This document shows positions 46,122 through 54,768 of a stretch of DNA of 64,000 nt, one piece after another. The position numbers were made by a program, and so were the translations under genes. The DNA is from Polyangiaceae bacterium. GTDB taxonomy: Bacteria; Myxococcota_A; Polyangia; Polyangiales; Polyangiaceae. Every line of letters starts with the position of its first letter. Position 1 is the stretch's first letter. Below the pieces are notes generated by a model. That model made no database searches, was not told the DNA's origin, and worked only from the letters and a program-made list of their open reading frames with translations. The DNA is taken from NCBI GenBank assembly GCA_044376115.1, contig JBILLK010000008.1:256001-320000 (forward strand), read 5' to 3'.

Positions 46122-47399
46122 ATGGATGAGACGTTCGCGATCATTGGGCTGGGGTATGTCGGGTTGCCGGTCGCTCTGGGATTCGCCCGCAAATTCAAGC
46201 GGGTCGTCGGCTTCGACATTCACCAGGAGAAGGTGGCGGAGCTAGCTCGTGGTTACGACCGGAACCACGAGGTCCCCGAGACCGAGCTGAAGGAATCGCG
46301 CCTCGAGTTCACCCACGATCCCGCCGCGCTCAAGGGTGCGACCTTCTTCGTCGTCGCGGTTCCAACGCCGATCGACCACAACAACGTGCCCGATCTGACG
46401 CCGGTGATTCGGGCCTCCGAGACGGTGGGGCGCGCACTGACCAAAGGCGCAGTCGTGGTTTACGAATCAACGGTCTACCCTGGCGTTACCGAGGAGGTTT
46501 GCGCGCCGATCCTCGAGAAGGTGAGCGGCCTTTCGCGAGCCGATTTCAAGCTTGGCTATTCGCCGGAGCGGATCAATCCGGGTGACAAAGAGCACACGCT
46601 CGAACGGATCACCAAGGTGGTCTCGGGAGAGGACGCAGCCACCCTCGACCGCGTAGCCGCCGCCTACGGCGCAGTGGTGGACGCGGGCGTGCACCGGGCC
46701 TCCAGCATCCGCGTGGCCGAAGCGGCGAAGGTGATCGAGAACACGCAGCGTGATCTCAACATCGCGCTGATGAATGAGCTGGCGGTGATCTTCGACCGCA
46801 TGGGCATCCGCACCCGCGACGTGCTCGACGCCGCTGGAACCAAGTGGAACTTTCTCCGCTTTTCACCGGGGCTCGTCGGCGGGCATTGCATCGGGGTGGA
46901 CCCGTACTACCTGACGATGAAAGCGCAGCAGCTCGGCTACCAGCCCGAGGTAATCCTCGCTGGGCGTCGCATCAACAACTCGATGGGCGCCTTCATCGCC
47001 GCCAAACTCGTGAAGATGCTGATCATGAAGGATCGGCCGGTGCGTGGCGCGCGCGTGGGCGTCCTCGGCATCACCTTCAAAGAGAACGTGAGCGATCTGC
47101 GCAACAGCCGCGTGCCCGACATTCTTCGAGAACTCGACCAATACGGCATACGAACGATCGTCACCGATCCGCTGGCTGAAAGCGGTGAGGCCGAACACGA
47201 GTACGGCGTCAGCTTGGCCCCCCTCGAGGCGCTCGAGAGTCTGGACGCCCTCATCCTCGCTGTGCCCCATGCGGCTACCCTCGCCCTTGGCGCCAGCAAG
47301 CTGCTGAGCCTGGTAAACGACGGCGGCATCTTCATCGACGTAAAGAGCGTGTTTAAGCCGGATTGCGCCGAGCGCGGCATTCAGTACTGGAGTCTGTAG
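46122..47399 (+). CDS. UDP-N-acetylhexosamine 6-dehydrogenase (TviB/WbpO family)
   Basis: GLGYVGLP, VPTP, ESTVYPG, SPERINPGD, KVIENTQRD, GGHCIGVDPYY, FKENVSDLRNS. Confidence 0.93.
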   Translation: MDETFAIIGLGYVGLPVALGFARKFKRVVGFDIHQEKVAELARGYDRNHEVPETELKESRLEFTHDPAALKGATFFVVAVPTPIDHNNVPDLTPVIRASETVGRALTKGAVVVYESTVYPGVTEEVCAPILEKVSGLSRADFKLGYSPERINPGDKEHTLERITKVVSGEDAATLDRVAAAYGAVVDAGVHRASSIRVAEAAKVIENTQRDLNIALMNELAVIFDRMGIRTRDVLDAAGTKWNFLRFSPGLVGGHCIGVDPYYLTMKAQQLGYQPEVILAGRRINNSMGAFIAAKLVKMLIMKDRPVRGARVGVLGITFKENVSDLRNSRVPDILRELDQYGIRTIVTDPLAESGEAEHEYGVSLAPLEALESLDALILAVPHAATLALGASKLLSLVNDGGIFIDVKSVFKPDCAERGIQYWSL

Positions 47400-47453
47400 C
47401 CACCCGCTTGCCGGAATTTGGCCCGCGCCTCGGAAACCACTTACGAAAGCAGG

Positions 47454-47960
47454 ATGCGTCGCGCCATCTTCGTCATCCTCATCGCTTTCTCGCTGTCGAT
47501 GGTCGCCTTTGCCCTGACCCGGCCGGACGACGCAGAGGCCAGCGTCGTCAGCGTAACCCCCTACTCGTTCGGCCAAACCTACGGGACGTCACTCCGCCTG
47601 CTGCGCGTCGACCTCGAATACAAGATCCTCGAGCGCGACAAGGACAACGGCTACATCCTGTTCGAGTACACGAGCCCCGAGAGCGGCAAGCGCACGGTCA
47701 ATGGCTCAATCGAGCTCGTTGAAACCAAGGAGGGCGTGCACATCGCCATCCAAATCCCCGAGATGCCGCAGTATCACGAGCAAGCCATCCTCGATCAGCT
47801 CAAGCGCAAACTGAGCGCTGAACACGGCGCTCCGCCCAATCAAAAGAAGAAGGAAGAGCCGAAGGATCCCGAGGGCGACAAAGACCAAGAGAAGGACAAG
47901 GACTCGAAGGAGCCGAGCGACGCCGACAAGCCGAAGAAGGAAGCTCTCGAGGAAGACTGA
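47454..47960 (+). CDS. Secreted hypothetical protein with charged tail
   Basis: Signal/TM after ATG 47454; strong codon bias. Confidence 0.8.
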   Translation: MRRAIFVILIAFSLSMVAFALTRPDDAEASVVSVTPYSFGQTYGTSLRLLRVDLEYKILERDKDNGYILFEYTSPESGKRTVNGSIELVETKEGVHIAIQIPEMPQYHEQAILDQLKRKLSAEHGAPPNQKKKEEPKDPEGDKDQEKDKDSKEPSDADKPKKEALEED

Positions 47961-47986
47961 GCTTCTCTACTGCAAGGTTCGATGCC

Positions 47987-48008
47987 CAGGGCGCCCTAGA
48001 GCGCCCTG
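47987..48008. terminator. Hairpin between convergent genes
   Basis: CAGGGCGC-6nt-GCGCCCTG, short T run at 48014-48017. Confidence 0.4.
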
Positions 48009-48023
48009 CGTGCTTTTGTGCGC

Positions 48024-49502
48024 TTAGAGTCGGACTGCGCGCACTTGCCCCAAGGCGCGCCGACGCTTGCGAACAGCGAAGCGGTACAGCGCCTCATACT
48101 GCTGAGCGGCGTGACTCCAACCGGATTGCTTTTGCATCGCGCGGTATTGCATCGAGCGGAAGAGCGCCGGCTCTGCGTAGGTCTCGAGCGCCCAACGCAC
48201 CGTGCCCACGAGTGCCTCGCTGCTCAGCTCGTGGAACTTGAAGCCGGTAGAGCCGTTGTCCACGGTGTCCTCGAGACCGCCAACCGCCCTAACGATCGGC
48301 AGCGTGCCGTAGCGCTGGCTGTAGAGCTGATTGAGCCCGCACGGCTCGTATCGGGAGGGCATCAAGAAGAGATCGGCGCCGGCCTCGATTCGATGGGCCA
48401 GCCCCTCGTTCATACCGATGAACGCACGCACGTTCGGCGTCGATAACGAGGCGCGCTGGAACACCTCCTCAATCGACTTGTCGCCCGAACCAAGGAACAC
48501 GAACTGAGCGCCGGTGGCCATCAGCTGGTAGAGCGCATCCACCACCAGGTCCACGCCCTTCTGCCCGACGAGCCGCGAAATAAGGCCAATCACCGGGACA
48601 TCCGGCCGCTCGGGCAGGCCCATCTCGCGTTGCAGCGCGGCCTTGCACACCGCTTTACCCGAGAGGTCCTCGGCCGAGAAGTTCGCCGCGATGTGTGGGT
48701 CTACCTCGGGGTTCCAAGCCTCCTCATCGATGCCGTTGAGCACCCCCATCACGTCCCCACCACGCATGCGCAGAAACGCGTCGAGCCCCTCCCCGCCCTC
48801 CTTCGTCTGAATCTCCCGCGCGTAGTTGGGGGAAACCGTGGACACGATGGTGCTGTGCAGAATGCCCGCCTTGAGCAGGTTGAGCTGCCCGTTCAAGTCG
48901 AGCGCACCGAGGATCTCCGGCGAAAACGGCAAGCCCATCTCGGAGTACGAATCACGGGCCGACCAGCCTTGATAGCCCATGTTGTGGATCGTCAACACGC
49001 TGGCCGCGCGGGCCAAGGCCGTCCCCTGCTCCACCGTATCGAGCAGTACCGGCACCAAGCAGGTAGGCCAGTCGTGCACGTGAATCACGTCGGGCTCGAA
49101 GCCCAAGTAGCGACAGAGCTCGATCGAACCGCGCGACAACACCGAGTAGCGCTCGGTGTTATCGCCGTAGCCACCGCGCGCATCACCGTAAACACCTTCA
49201 CGGTCGTAGAGGCCGTCGTGGTCGAGGAAGTACACAGGTACGACCGCGCCGCGTTTGCTCGAGAGCTGACCGCGTCGTACGCCTGTCCACAAGGTGCCCG
49301 GCCCGTATGGGATCCCCAGCGGGCCTGCCAGCGGCTTCGACTCGAACTTCCGCGTCACGCGGTAACGCGGCATCACCACGCGAACGTCGTGTCCGCGCGC
49401 AGCCAAGGCGATGGGCAGCGCACCGCCGACGTCCCCCAAACCGCCAGTTTTCGCGAAGGGAAAACACTCAGGGAGGGAGAAGAGGATCTTGAGACGGGGC
49501 AC
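48024..49502 (-). CDS. glgA: Glycogen synthase
   Basis: KTGGLGDV, VMPRY, HVHDW, TIHNMGYQG, SRLVGQKG, PSRYEPCGLNQ. Confidence 0.95.
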   Translation of the reverse strand: MPRLKILFSLPECFPFAKTGGLGDVGGALPIALAARGHDVRVVMPRYRVTRKFESKPLAGPLGIPYGPGTLWTGVRRGQLSSKRGAVVPVYFLDHDGLYDREGVYGDARGGYGDNTERYSVLSRGSIELCRYLGFEPDVIHVHDWPTCLVPVLLDTVEQGTALARAASVLTIHNMGYQGWSARDSYSEMGLPFSPEILGALDLNGQLNLLKAGILHSTIVSTVSPNYAREIQTKEGGEGLDAFLRMRGGDVMGVLNGIDEEAWNPEVDPHIAANFSAEDLSGKAVCKAALQREMGLPERPDVPVIGLISRLVGQKGVDLVVDALYQLMATGAQFVFLGSGDKSIEEVFQRASLSTPNVRAFIGMNEGLAHRIEAGADLFLMPSRYEPCGLNQLYSQRYGTLPIVRAVGGLEDTVDNGSTGFKFHELSSEALVGTVRWALETYAEPALFRSMQYRAMQKQSGWSHAAQQYEALYRFAVRKRRRALGQVRAVRL

Positions 49503-49545
49503 GCACTCCCTTTAAGCGAAAACGCCCCGTCTCACAAACCACAGT

Positions 49546-50976
49546 TCAGTGCCGAACGTACTCGAAGTCGACCGGCTGGCCTTTGATGCCCCGGGGCGGA
49601 GCCGCGATCCAGTTCGCCATGCCCTTGGGATCGTAGATCGGCTTGGACATCAGGCTCTTGACGAACTCGTCATCGGCGGGCGACGGGATCCACTCGAACT
49701 TCTTCTTTTCGAACTCTTCCTTCGAGATCGGATTGCCCGCGGGGTCGAAGTGGAGGCCGGCGTAGATGCCGCTCTGACGATGAAAGCGACGGGAGGGCAA
49801 GGTGATGCGGAAGGGCACGCCAGCCTTCTCGATCAGCTTGTTCCACTTATCGATACCGCGTTGCGAGTCGACCACGTACTCATCACGCAGCACCTCATTC
49901 ATCGCGTTGCGCAGAGGTACCTCTTCACTCTTGATGCTCTTGAGCACGCCGCCCTCCACGACCGGAACATCGATCGAGTGGAAGCCGGTGAGCGCCACGT
50001 GGTCCTCGTATTTCTCCTCTTTGGCGCGGCCTTTGAGGCCCGAGGCGAAGTAGCTCGCGGCGTTGCTCGAGATCTCCCCACCGAAGAGATCGAGCGAGAC
50101 CGAGTACCAGAAGTTCACGTAGCGCTGGATGGTCGCTAGATCGATCCCGCCCTCGGCCCGCGCGTCCTCGTTCGAGTTCTTCTTCATCAGCTCGAGCGAG
50201 CGCTCGATCACGCGCGAGAGCCCGGTTTCACCGACGAACATATGGTGCGCCTCTTCGGTCAGCATGAAGCGCGTGGTGCGTGCCAGCGGATCGAAGCCAC
50301 TCTCTGCGAGGGCCAGCAGCTGATACTTACCGTCGCGATCGGTGAAGTAGGTGAAGCAGAAGAAGCTGAGCCAATGCGCGCACGGCTCGTTGAAGGCGCC
50401 GAGGATGCGCGGCTTGTCGGCGTTGCCGCTGCGACGCTCGAGTAGCCCCTCTGCCTCTTCGCGCCCATCGCGCCCGAAGTAGCTTTGGAGCAGGTAAACC
50501 ATCGCCCAGAGATGACGGCCTTCCTCGACGTTGACCTGGAACAGGTTGCGCAGGTCGTACACGCTCGGGCAACACTGCCCAAGCAGCCGCTGTTGCTCGA
50601 CGCTCGCGGGCTCCGTGTCCCCCTGCGTCACGACCAAGCGGCGCAACGCATTGCGGAACTCACCCGGAATGGTCTGCCAAGCGGGCTGACCGTAGAAATC
50701 ACCGAAGCCAATCGTGCGGTCGGCCACCGGGTCCGCGAGGAAGATGCCCCAGCGATACTCCGGCATCTTCACGAAGTCGTATTGAGCCCAGCCGTCCGAA
50801 TCCACGCTCACGGCGGTGCGCAGATAGACGTCGTCGGCTTGGAAGCCTTCCGGCCCCATTTCCTTCCACCAATCGACGAACTTCGGCTGCCAGGCCTCCA
50901 GCGCGCGCTGCAATTTCTTGTCGGCCGAGAGGTCGACGTTGTTCGGAATTTTCTCGGAATTGACGACGTTGCTCAT
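49546..50976 (-). CDS. boxB: Benzoyl-CoA 2,3-epoxidase subunit BoxB
   Basis: KIPNNVDL, QGDTEPASVEQQR, diiron motifs EEGRH and EEAHH, DRDGK. Confidence 0.95.
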   Translation of the reverse strand: MSNVVNSEKIPNNVDLSADKKLQRALEAWQPKFVDWWKEMGPEGFQADDVYLRTAVSVDSDGWAQYDFVKMPEYRWGIFLADPVADRTIGFGDFYGQPAWQTIPGEFRNALRRLVVTQGDTEPASVEQQRLLGQCCPSVYDLRNLFQVNVEEGRHLWAMVYLLQSYFGRDGREEAEGLLERRSGNADKPRILGAFNEPCAHWLSFFCFTYFTDRDGKYQLLALAESGFDPLARTTRFMLTEEAHHMFVGETGLSRVIERSLELMKKNSNEDARAEGGIDLATIQRYVNFWYSVSLDLFGGEISSNAASYFASGLKGRAKEEKYEDHVALTGFHSIDVPVVEGGVLKSIKSEEVPLRNAMNEVLRDEYVVDSQRGIDKWNKLIEKAGVPFRITLPSRRFHRQSGIYAGLHFDPAGNPISKEEFEKKKFEWIPSPADDEFVKSLMSKPIYDPKGMANWIAAPPRGIKGQPVDFEYVRH

Positions 50977-52640
50977 GTCCTTCTCCAGTCAAATTCGGGG
51001 CGTTCAGGTCGACCGTACATGGTGAGTGCGCCGCGTTCTCCCACGGCGTTGGGCCTTTGAAAGATCCAGTTCTGCCAAGCCGAGAGCCGCGCGAAGATCT
51101 TGGTCTCCAGCGTCTCCGGGCCTGCGAAGCGCAGGTTGGCCTCCATCCCGGTGAGGGCGTCGGGGGAGAGACTGACGCGCTCCTCGATCGCGATTCGCAC
51201 CTCGTCATCCCAGTCGATCTCGTCGGGAGTGAAGGTCACGAGCCCGTGATCGAGCGCCTGCTCCGAATCGAGGAACTCACGCACGGACGCGAGTTCTTCG
51301 ACCTTCGCCGGTGCGTGGAGAAAGCGCGTCGCGAGCCGCGTGAGCCCGTTCGACATCGGCGCTGGGCCAAAGTTCATCGCCGACAAGCCGATGAACGCCT
51401 GCTCATCACCCGCCTTCATGAACGAGCGATCCGAGGCCAGCGCCATCTCGAACAGACAGCCGACGAAGGCGCTTCCCGGCTCCAGGATCGCGAACAGGCT
51501 CTTGGCCATCAAGTCGAGCCGCTTGAGCGTGCGCTTGACGAAGAGCTGGATCTCCCGAGCAAACCAATCTTCTTCGGCGAGCTTCACCAAAGCGTCATCG
51601 AAGGCCTGAACGCGCGCCGCGTCCCCACGCGTGCGCAGCAGCACCAAGCCGACATCACCAAAGTTGAAGCGAAGATCGCAGAGCGCGTCATCCAGCTCAC
51701 GGAACGCTTGCAAGTGCCAAGCGGCTGCGCCTTGCTTGCGCAGCTCCTCGGCGTTCTTCGGGAACTCACCCTCGGGCCCGAGCACCGTGATCTCAGCGAT
51801 GCGCGTCCCCGCGACCGTCGTCATCGAGACGTAGCGATAGTCGGTGCCCGACTTGTCCCCCTCGGACCAACGCTTGGCCTCGAGCGGCGGAAGTTTGACG
51901 CCTGGCCCTGTGCGGTCCTTGGTACTCGCGCAGAGCGCGTTGGCCGTGGCCAAAACGCCAGCGTCGAAGCGGCTCTTCGGCAAGACCTCATCCACGAGAC
52001 CCCAATCCTTCGCCCGTTTGCCGCGCACACCTTCGGCGAGCGTTGAAAAGACGTCCGCCAAATCGCGGCGCACCTTGCGCTTGTCCACCAAACGCGTGAG
52101 GCCACCCGTACCAGGGAGAACCGCGAGCAGCGGAGTCTCCGGAAAGGACACGGCACTCGAACCGTCGTCACAGAGCAGAATTTTTTCGCAGGCCAGCGCA
52201 AGCTCGTAGCCACCGCCCGCTGCAACTCCGTTCAACGCGGCGATGAAGTGAAGACCGCTCTCCTCACAGGCCGCCTCGAGGTTGAGCCGCGTTTCGTTGG
52301 TGAACTTGCAGAAATTCACTTTGAACGCGTGGGTCGAGGTTCCCAGCATGTAGATGTTCGCGCCGGCGCAAAACACCTTCGGCTCGCCGCTGGTGACGAC
52401 GACGGCCTTGACCTCGGGGTGCTCGAACCGAAGTCGGTTCACCACGTCGGCGAGCTCGAGATCGACCCCGATGTCGTAGCTGTTCTGCTTCAGAACGTAG
52501 CCCGGACGAAACGGCTGGTCTTCCACGACGGCCATCACCAGCTTGGCAATGGCGCCATCAAACGACAGTTTCCAGTGCTTGTACTGGCTGGGATGCGTCT
52601 CGAAGCGAACAGTCGGAGATTGAATCGGTGCGTCTGCCAT
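50973..52640 (-). CDS. boxC: 2,3-epoxybenzoyl-CoA dihydrolase BoxC
   Basis: YKHWKL, NSYDIGVDLEL, FCAGANI, AGGGYELALAC, LPGTGG, WQNWIFQRPNA. Confidence 0.95.
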   Translation of the reverse strand: MADAPIQSPTVRFETHPSQYKHWKLSFDGAIAKLVMAVVEDQPFRPGYVLKQNSYDIGVDLELADVVNRLRFEHPEVKAVVVTSGEPKVFCAGANIYMLGTSTHAFKVNFCKFTNETRLNLEAACEESGLHFIAALNGVAAGGGYELALACEKILLCDDGSSAVSFPETPLLAVLPGTGGLTRLVDKRKVRRDLADVFSTLAEGVRGKRAKDWGLVDEVLPKSRFDAGVLATANALCASTKDRTGPGVKLPPLEAKRWSEGDKSGTDYRYVSMTTVAGTRIAEITVLGPEGEFPKNAEELRKQGAAAWHLQAFRELDDALCDLRFNFGDVGLVLLRTRGDAARVQAFDDALVKLAEEDWFAREIQLFVKRTLKRLDLMAKSLFAILEPGSAFVGCLFEMALASDRSFMKAGDEQAFIGLSAMNFGPAPMSNGLTRLATRFLHAPAKVEELASVREFLDSEQALDHGLVTFTPDEIDWDDEVRIAIEERVSLSPDALTGMEANLRFAGPETLETKIFARLSAWQNWIFQRPNAVGERGALTMYGRPERPEFDWRRT

Positions 52641-52700
52641 CGGCTTCTCTTTCGAGGGTGAGAGTCCCGATCTAGGTAGGGGGGTTACGGTACGTCGTCA

Positions 52701-52747
52701 AGCAGTATAGTGCGTTGCGCTCACCATCCAAGGTGCATTATAGTGCG
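52701..52747. promoter_or_regulatory. Two BoxR/BzdR-type operator sites overlapping divergent promoters
   Basis: AGCAGTATAGTGCG (52701-52714) and TGCATTATAGTGCG (52734-52747), 33 bp apart, close to TGCA-N6-TGCA. Confidence 0.7.
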
Positions 52748-52750
52748 CAC

Positions 52751-53503
52751 ATGACCCCAGCCGATCCCGTACTTTCCGAGCTTGGGCGCAAACTGCGCGC
52801 CCAACGGCACGGTCGCGGCATGACAGTGAAGGAGCTGGCCGCTAGGAGCTCGCTCTCCGAGCGCTTCGTGGTCTCTGTGGAGGGCGGCCAGGGCAACCTG
52901 TCGCTGCTTCGCCTGGTGGAACTGGCGCGCGCGCTCGGCTGCACGCTGACTGACCTGATCGACGACGCGTGGGCGCAAGGGCCAACAGCGCGGCCGCTTG
53001 AACGTCCCGTCGCTTTGACCGGGCTCCGAGGCGCCGGCAAGTCCACCATCGGGCGAGAGGTCGCCAAACGTTTAGGGGTGCGCTTCTACGAGATCGATCA
53101 GCTGATCAGCCAGCGAGCGGGGCTGAGCATGGGCGAGATCTTCGAGGTGCACGGGGCAACACAGATCCGCAAGTTGGAGCGCGACGTTTGGGAGGGTCTG
53201 TTGCTCGAGGCCCCCGGCGTGATCGCCACGACGGGCGGCATCGTCACCGAGACGGGCACCTACGAACGCCTGCTCGCCACGGCGACTGTCGTGTGGCTGA
53301 AGGCGCGCCCGGCCGATCACTTCAACCGCGTGAGCGAGCAGGGCGACACACGCCCGATGGCGAACCGCTCCAACGCGATGCGAGAGCTCAAAGCCATCCT
53401 CAGGGCGCGCTCAGCGCTTTACGAGCGAGCCCATGAAACCGTAGACACCAGCGCCCTCGGCCTGAACCGAGCGATCGAGCGGGTGGTTACGATTTTCCGC
53501 TAG
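52751..53503 (+). CDS. boxR: BzdR/BoxR-family regulator (XRE HTH + shikimate-kinase-like domain)
   Basis: HTH SLSERF..VEGGQGNLSL; GLRGAGKSTIG, TGGIV, WLKA, GDTRPM; divergent from boxC. Confidence 0.9.
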   Translation: MTPADPVLSELGRKLRAQRHGRGMTVKELAARSSLSERFVVSVEGGQGNLSLLRLVELARALGCTLTDLIDDAWAQGPTARPLERPVALTGLRGAGKSTIGREVAKRLGVRFYEIDQLISQRAGLSMGEIFEVHGATQIRKLERDVWEGLLLEAPGVIATTGGIVTETGTYERLLATATVVWLKARPADHFNRVSEQGDTRPMANRSNAMRELKAILRARSALYERAHETVDTSALGLNRAIERVVTIFR

Positions 53504-53726
53504 CGCCTTTTTCGACGGGCTTTTCGCTAACTTTCTCGAAGTTAGCCTTCTCAGCCTCGCGCAACTTGGGCGATTCCTCGTCCTCCTCGTCGTCTTTGAG
53601 GCCCTTCTTGAAGTTGCGGATCCCATCGCCAAGACCCTTGCCAATACCGGCGATGCGCGACCCGCCGAAGAGCACAACGGCCAATACGAGGAGGATCAAA
53701 ATCTCAGTCATTCCAAAGCGGCCCAT
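53487..53726 (-). CDS. tatA: Twin-arginine translocase TatA/E subunit
   Basis: EILILLVLAVVLFGGSRIAGIGKGLGDGIRNFKKGL. Confidence 0.93.
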   Translation of the reverse strand: MGRFGMTEILILLVLAVVLFGGSRIAGIGKGLGDGIRNFKKGLKDDEEDEESPKLREAEKANFEKVSEKPVEKGASGKS

Positions 53727-53966
53727 TTTTTCCTCGCAAGCTCGCGTCCGGAGCTAATGCGACCTTACCACCCACCTGCGAGGCGTCCAACGTTTGCTTG
53801 AACCAGGCCAGCCGTTCGCACTTTCGGAGAGAAATTGGCGGTCCCCTCTTGAGGAGTCTGCGTGTTAGGCTGTCATTCCCAGTGAATGGGTCGAACGTGA
53901 GCGGCCACTCGCGCATCTCACCGGCCGGACAGTTTTGACGACAGCTTCGAGGACAGGACTGAGCTT

Positions 53967-54644
53967 ATGGTTCGAGGGTTTCTAACAGCGGCTGCGGTGG
54001 TGGGCGGGCTCGTGTTCTTCGCACCGAATGAGGCACAAGCACAGTCGACGGAGGTTGGGCCGGTAACTGGCACAGCCAAAGGAATCGTCGGCGGCGGTCT
54101 TCTCGGAGCCGAGATCGTGATGATGCCGATGGGCATCGCAGGGCTAAAGCCTTGGTGGCCCTACGTCGTGTTCGGCGGAGTTGGCGCCGTGGGCGGTGCC
54201 GTTGGCGGTTGGGCCGTGGAGCAGGCAGCTCCCCCAGCAGAAGCACCGCTTTACATGCTCGCGGGTGGTTTGGCCTTGGTGATCCCGACGCTGGTGCTGA
54301 CGCTGAACGCCACCACCAAAGAGGATTACGGGGATGAGGCAGACCCGGCGACGCTCACGCCCGAGACCGAGGATCCGCTCAACCAGCCAATCCCCGGTGA
54401 AGCTGCTCCGCCTCCTGCGCCAGCAGCCGGAGGGACCATTCAGATTCAAAGCAAGGCTCGCAAGGTGCGCAAGACTGCGCGGCCGGCGCTCCCGCTAGCG
54501 CTCTTCGATCTCGCGGGTGAGGACGTGCGGATGGGAGTGCCGAACGTGACGGTAAAGCCACTCTTCACCGAAGCCGAGATTGCGGCTTACGGCGTTGAAC
54601 AGGGTTCGGTGGTAGACATCCCCGTCTTCCGCACCGCCTTCTGA
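53967..54644 (+). CDS. Exported/membrane protein with glycine-zipper-like helices
   Basis: Signal peptide AQA-Q, GIVGGGLLGA, GGVGAVGGAVGG, Pro linker, C-terminal Phe. Confidence 0.75.
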   Translation: MVRGFLTAAAVVGGLVFFAPNEAQAQSTEVGPVTGTAKGIVGGGLLGAEIVMMPMGIAGLKPWWPYVVFGGVGAVGGAVGGWAVEQAAPPAEAPLYMLAGGLALVIPTLVLTLNATTKEDYGDEADPATLTPETEDPLNQPIPGEAAPPPAPAAGGTIQIQSKARKVRKTARPALPLALFDLAGEDVRMGVPNVTVKPLFTEAEIAAYGVEQGSVVDIPVFRTAF

Positions 54645-54671
54645 ACCGAAGCGCGGCGCAGGAAGCTCAAC

Positions 54672-54710
54672 AAGCTCGTTGGCATCAACGCCGACGGGCT
54701 TTTTTCTTTT
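54672..54710 (+). terminator. Intrinsic terminator
   Basis: AAGCTCGTTGGC-ATCAAC-GCCGACGGGCTT stem (with G-U pairs) followed by T-rich tract. Confidence 0.75.
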
Positions 54711-54768
54711 GTTCGCGGAGCCCCCTCTCCAGTCGCCAGCTTGGTTTGGCCGTCTATACTGAGCGGCA

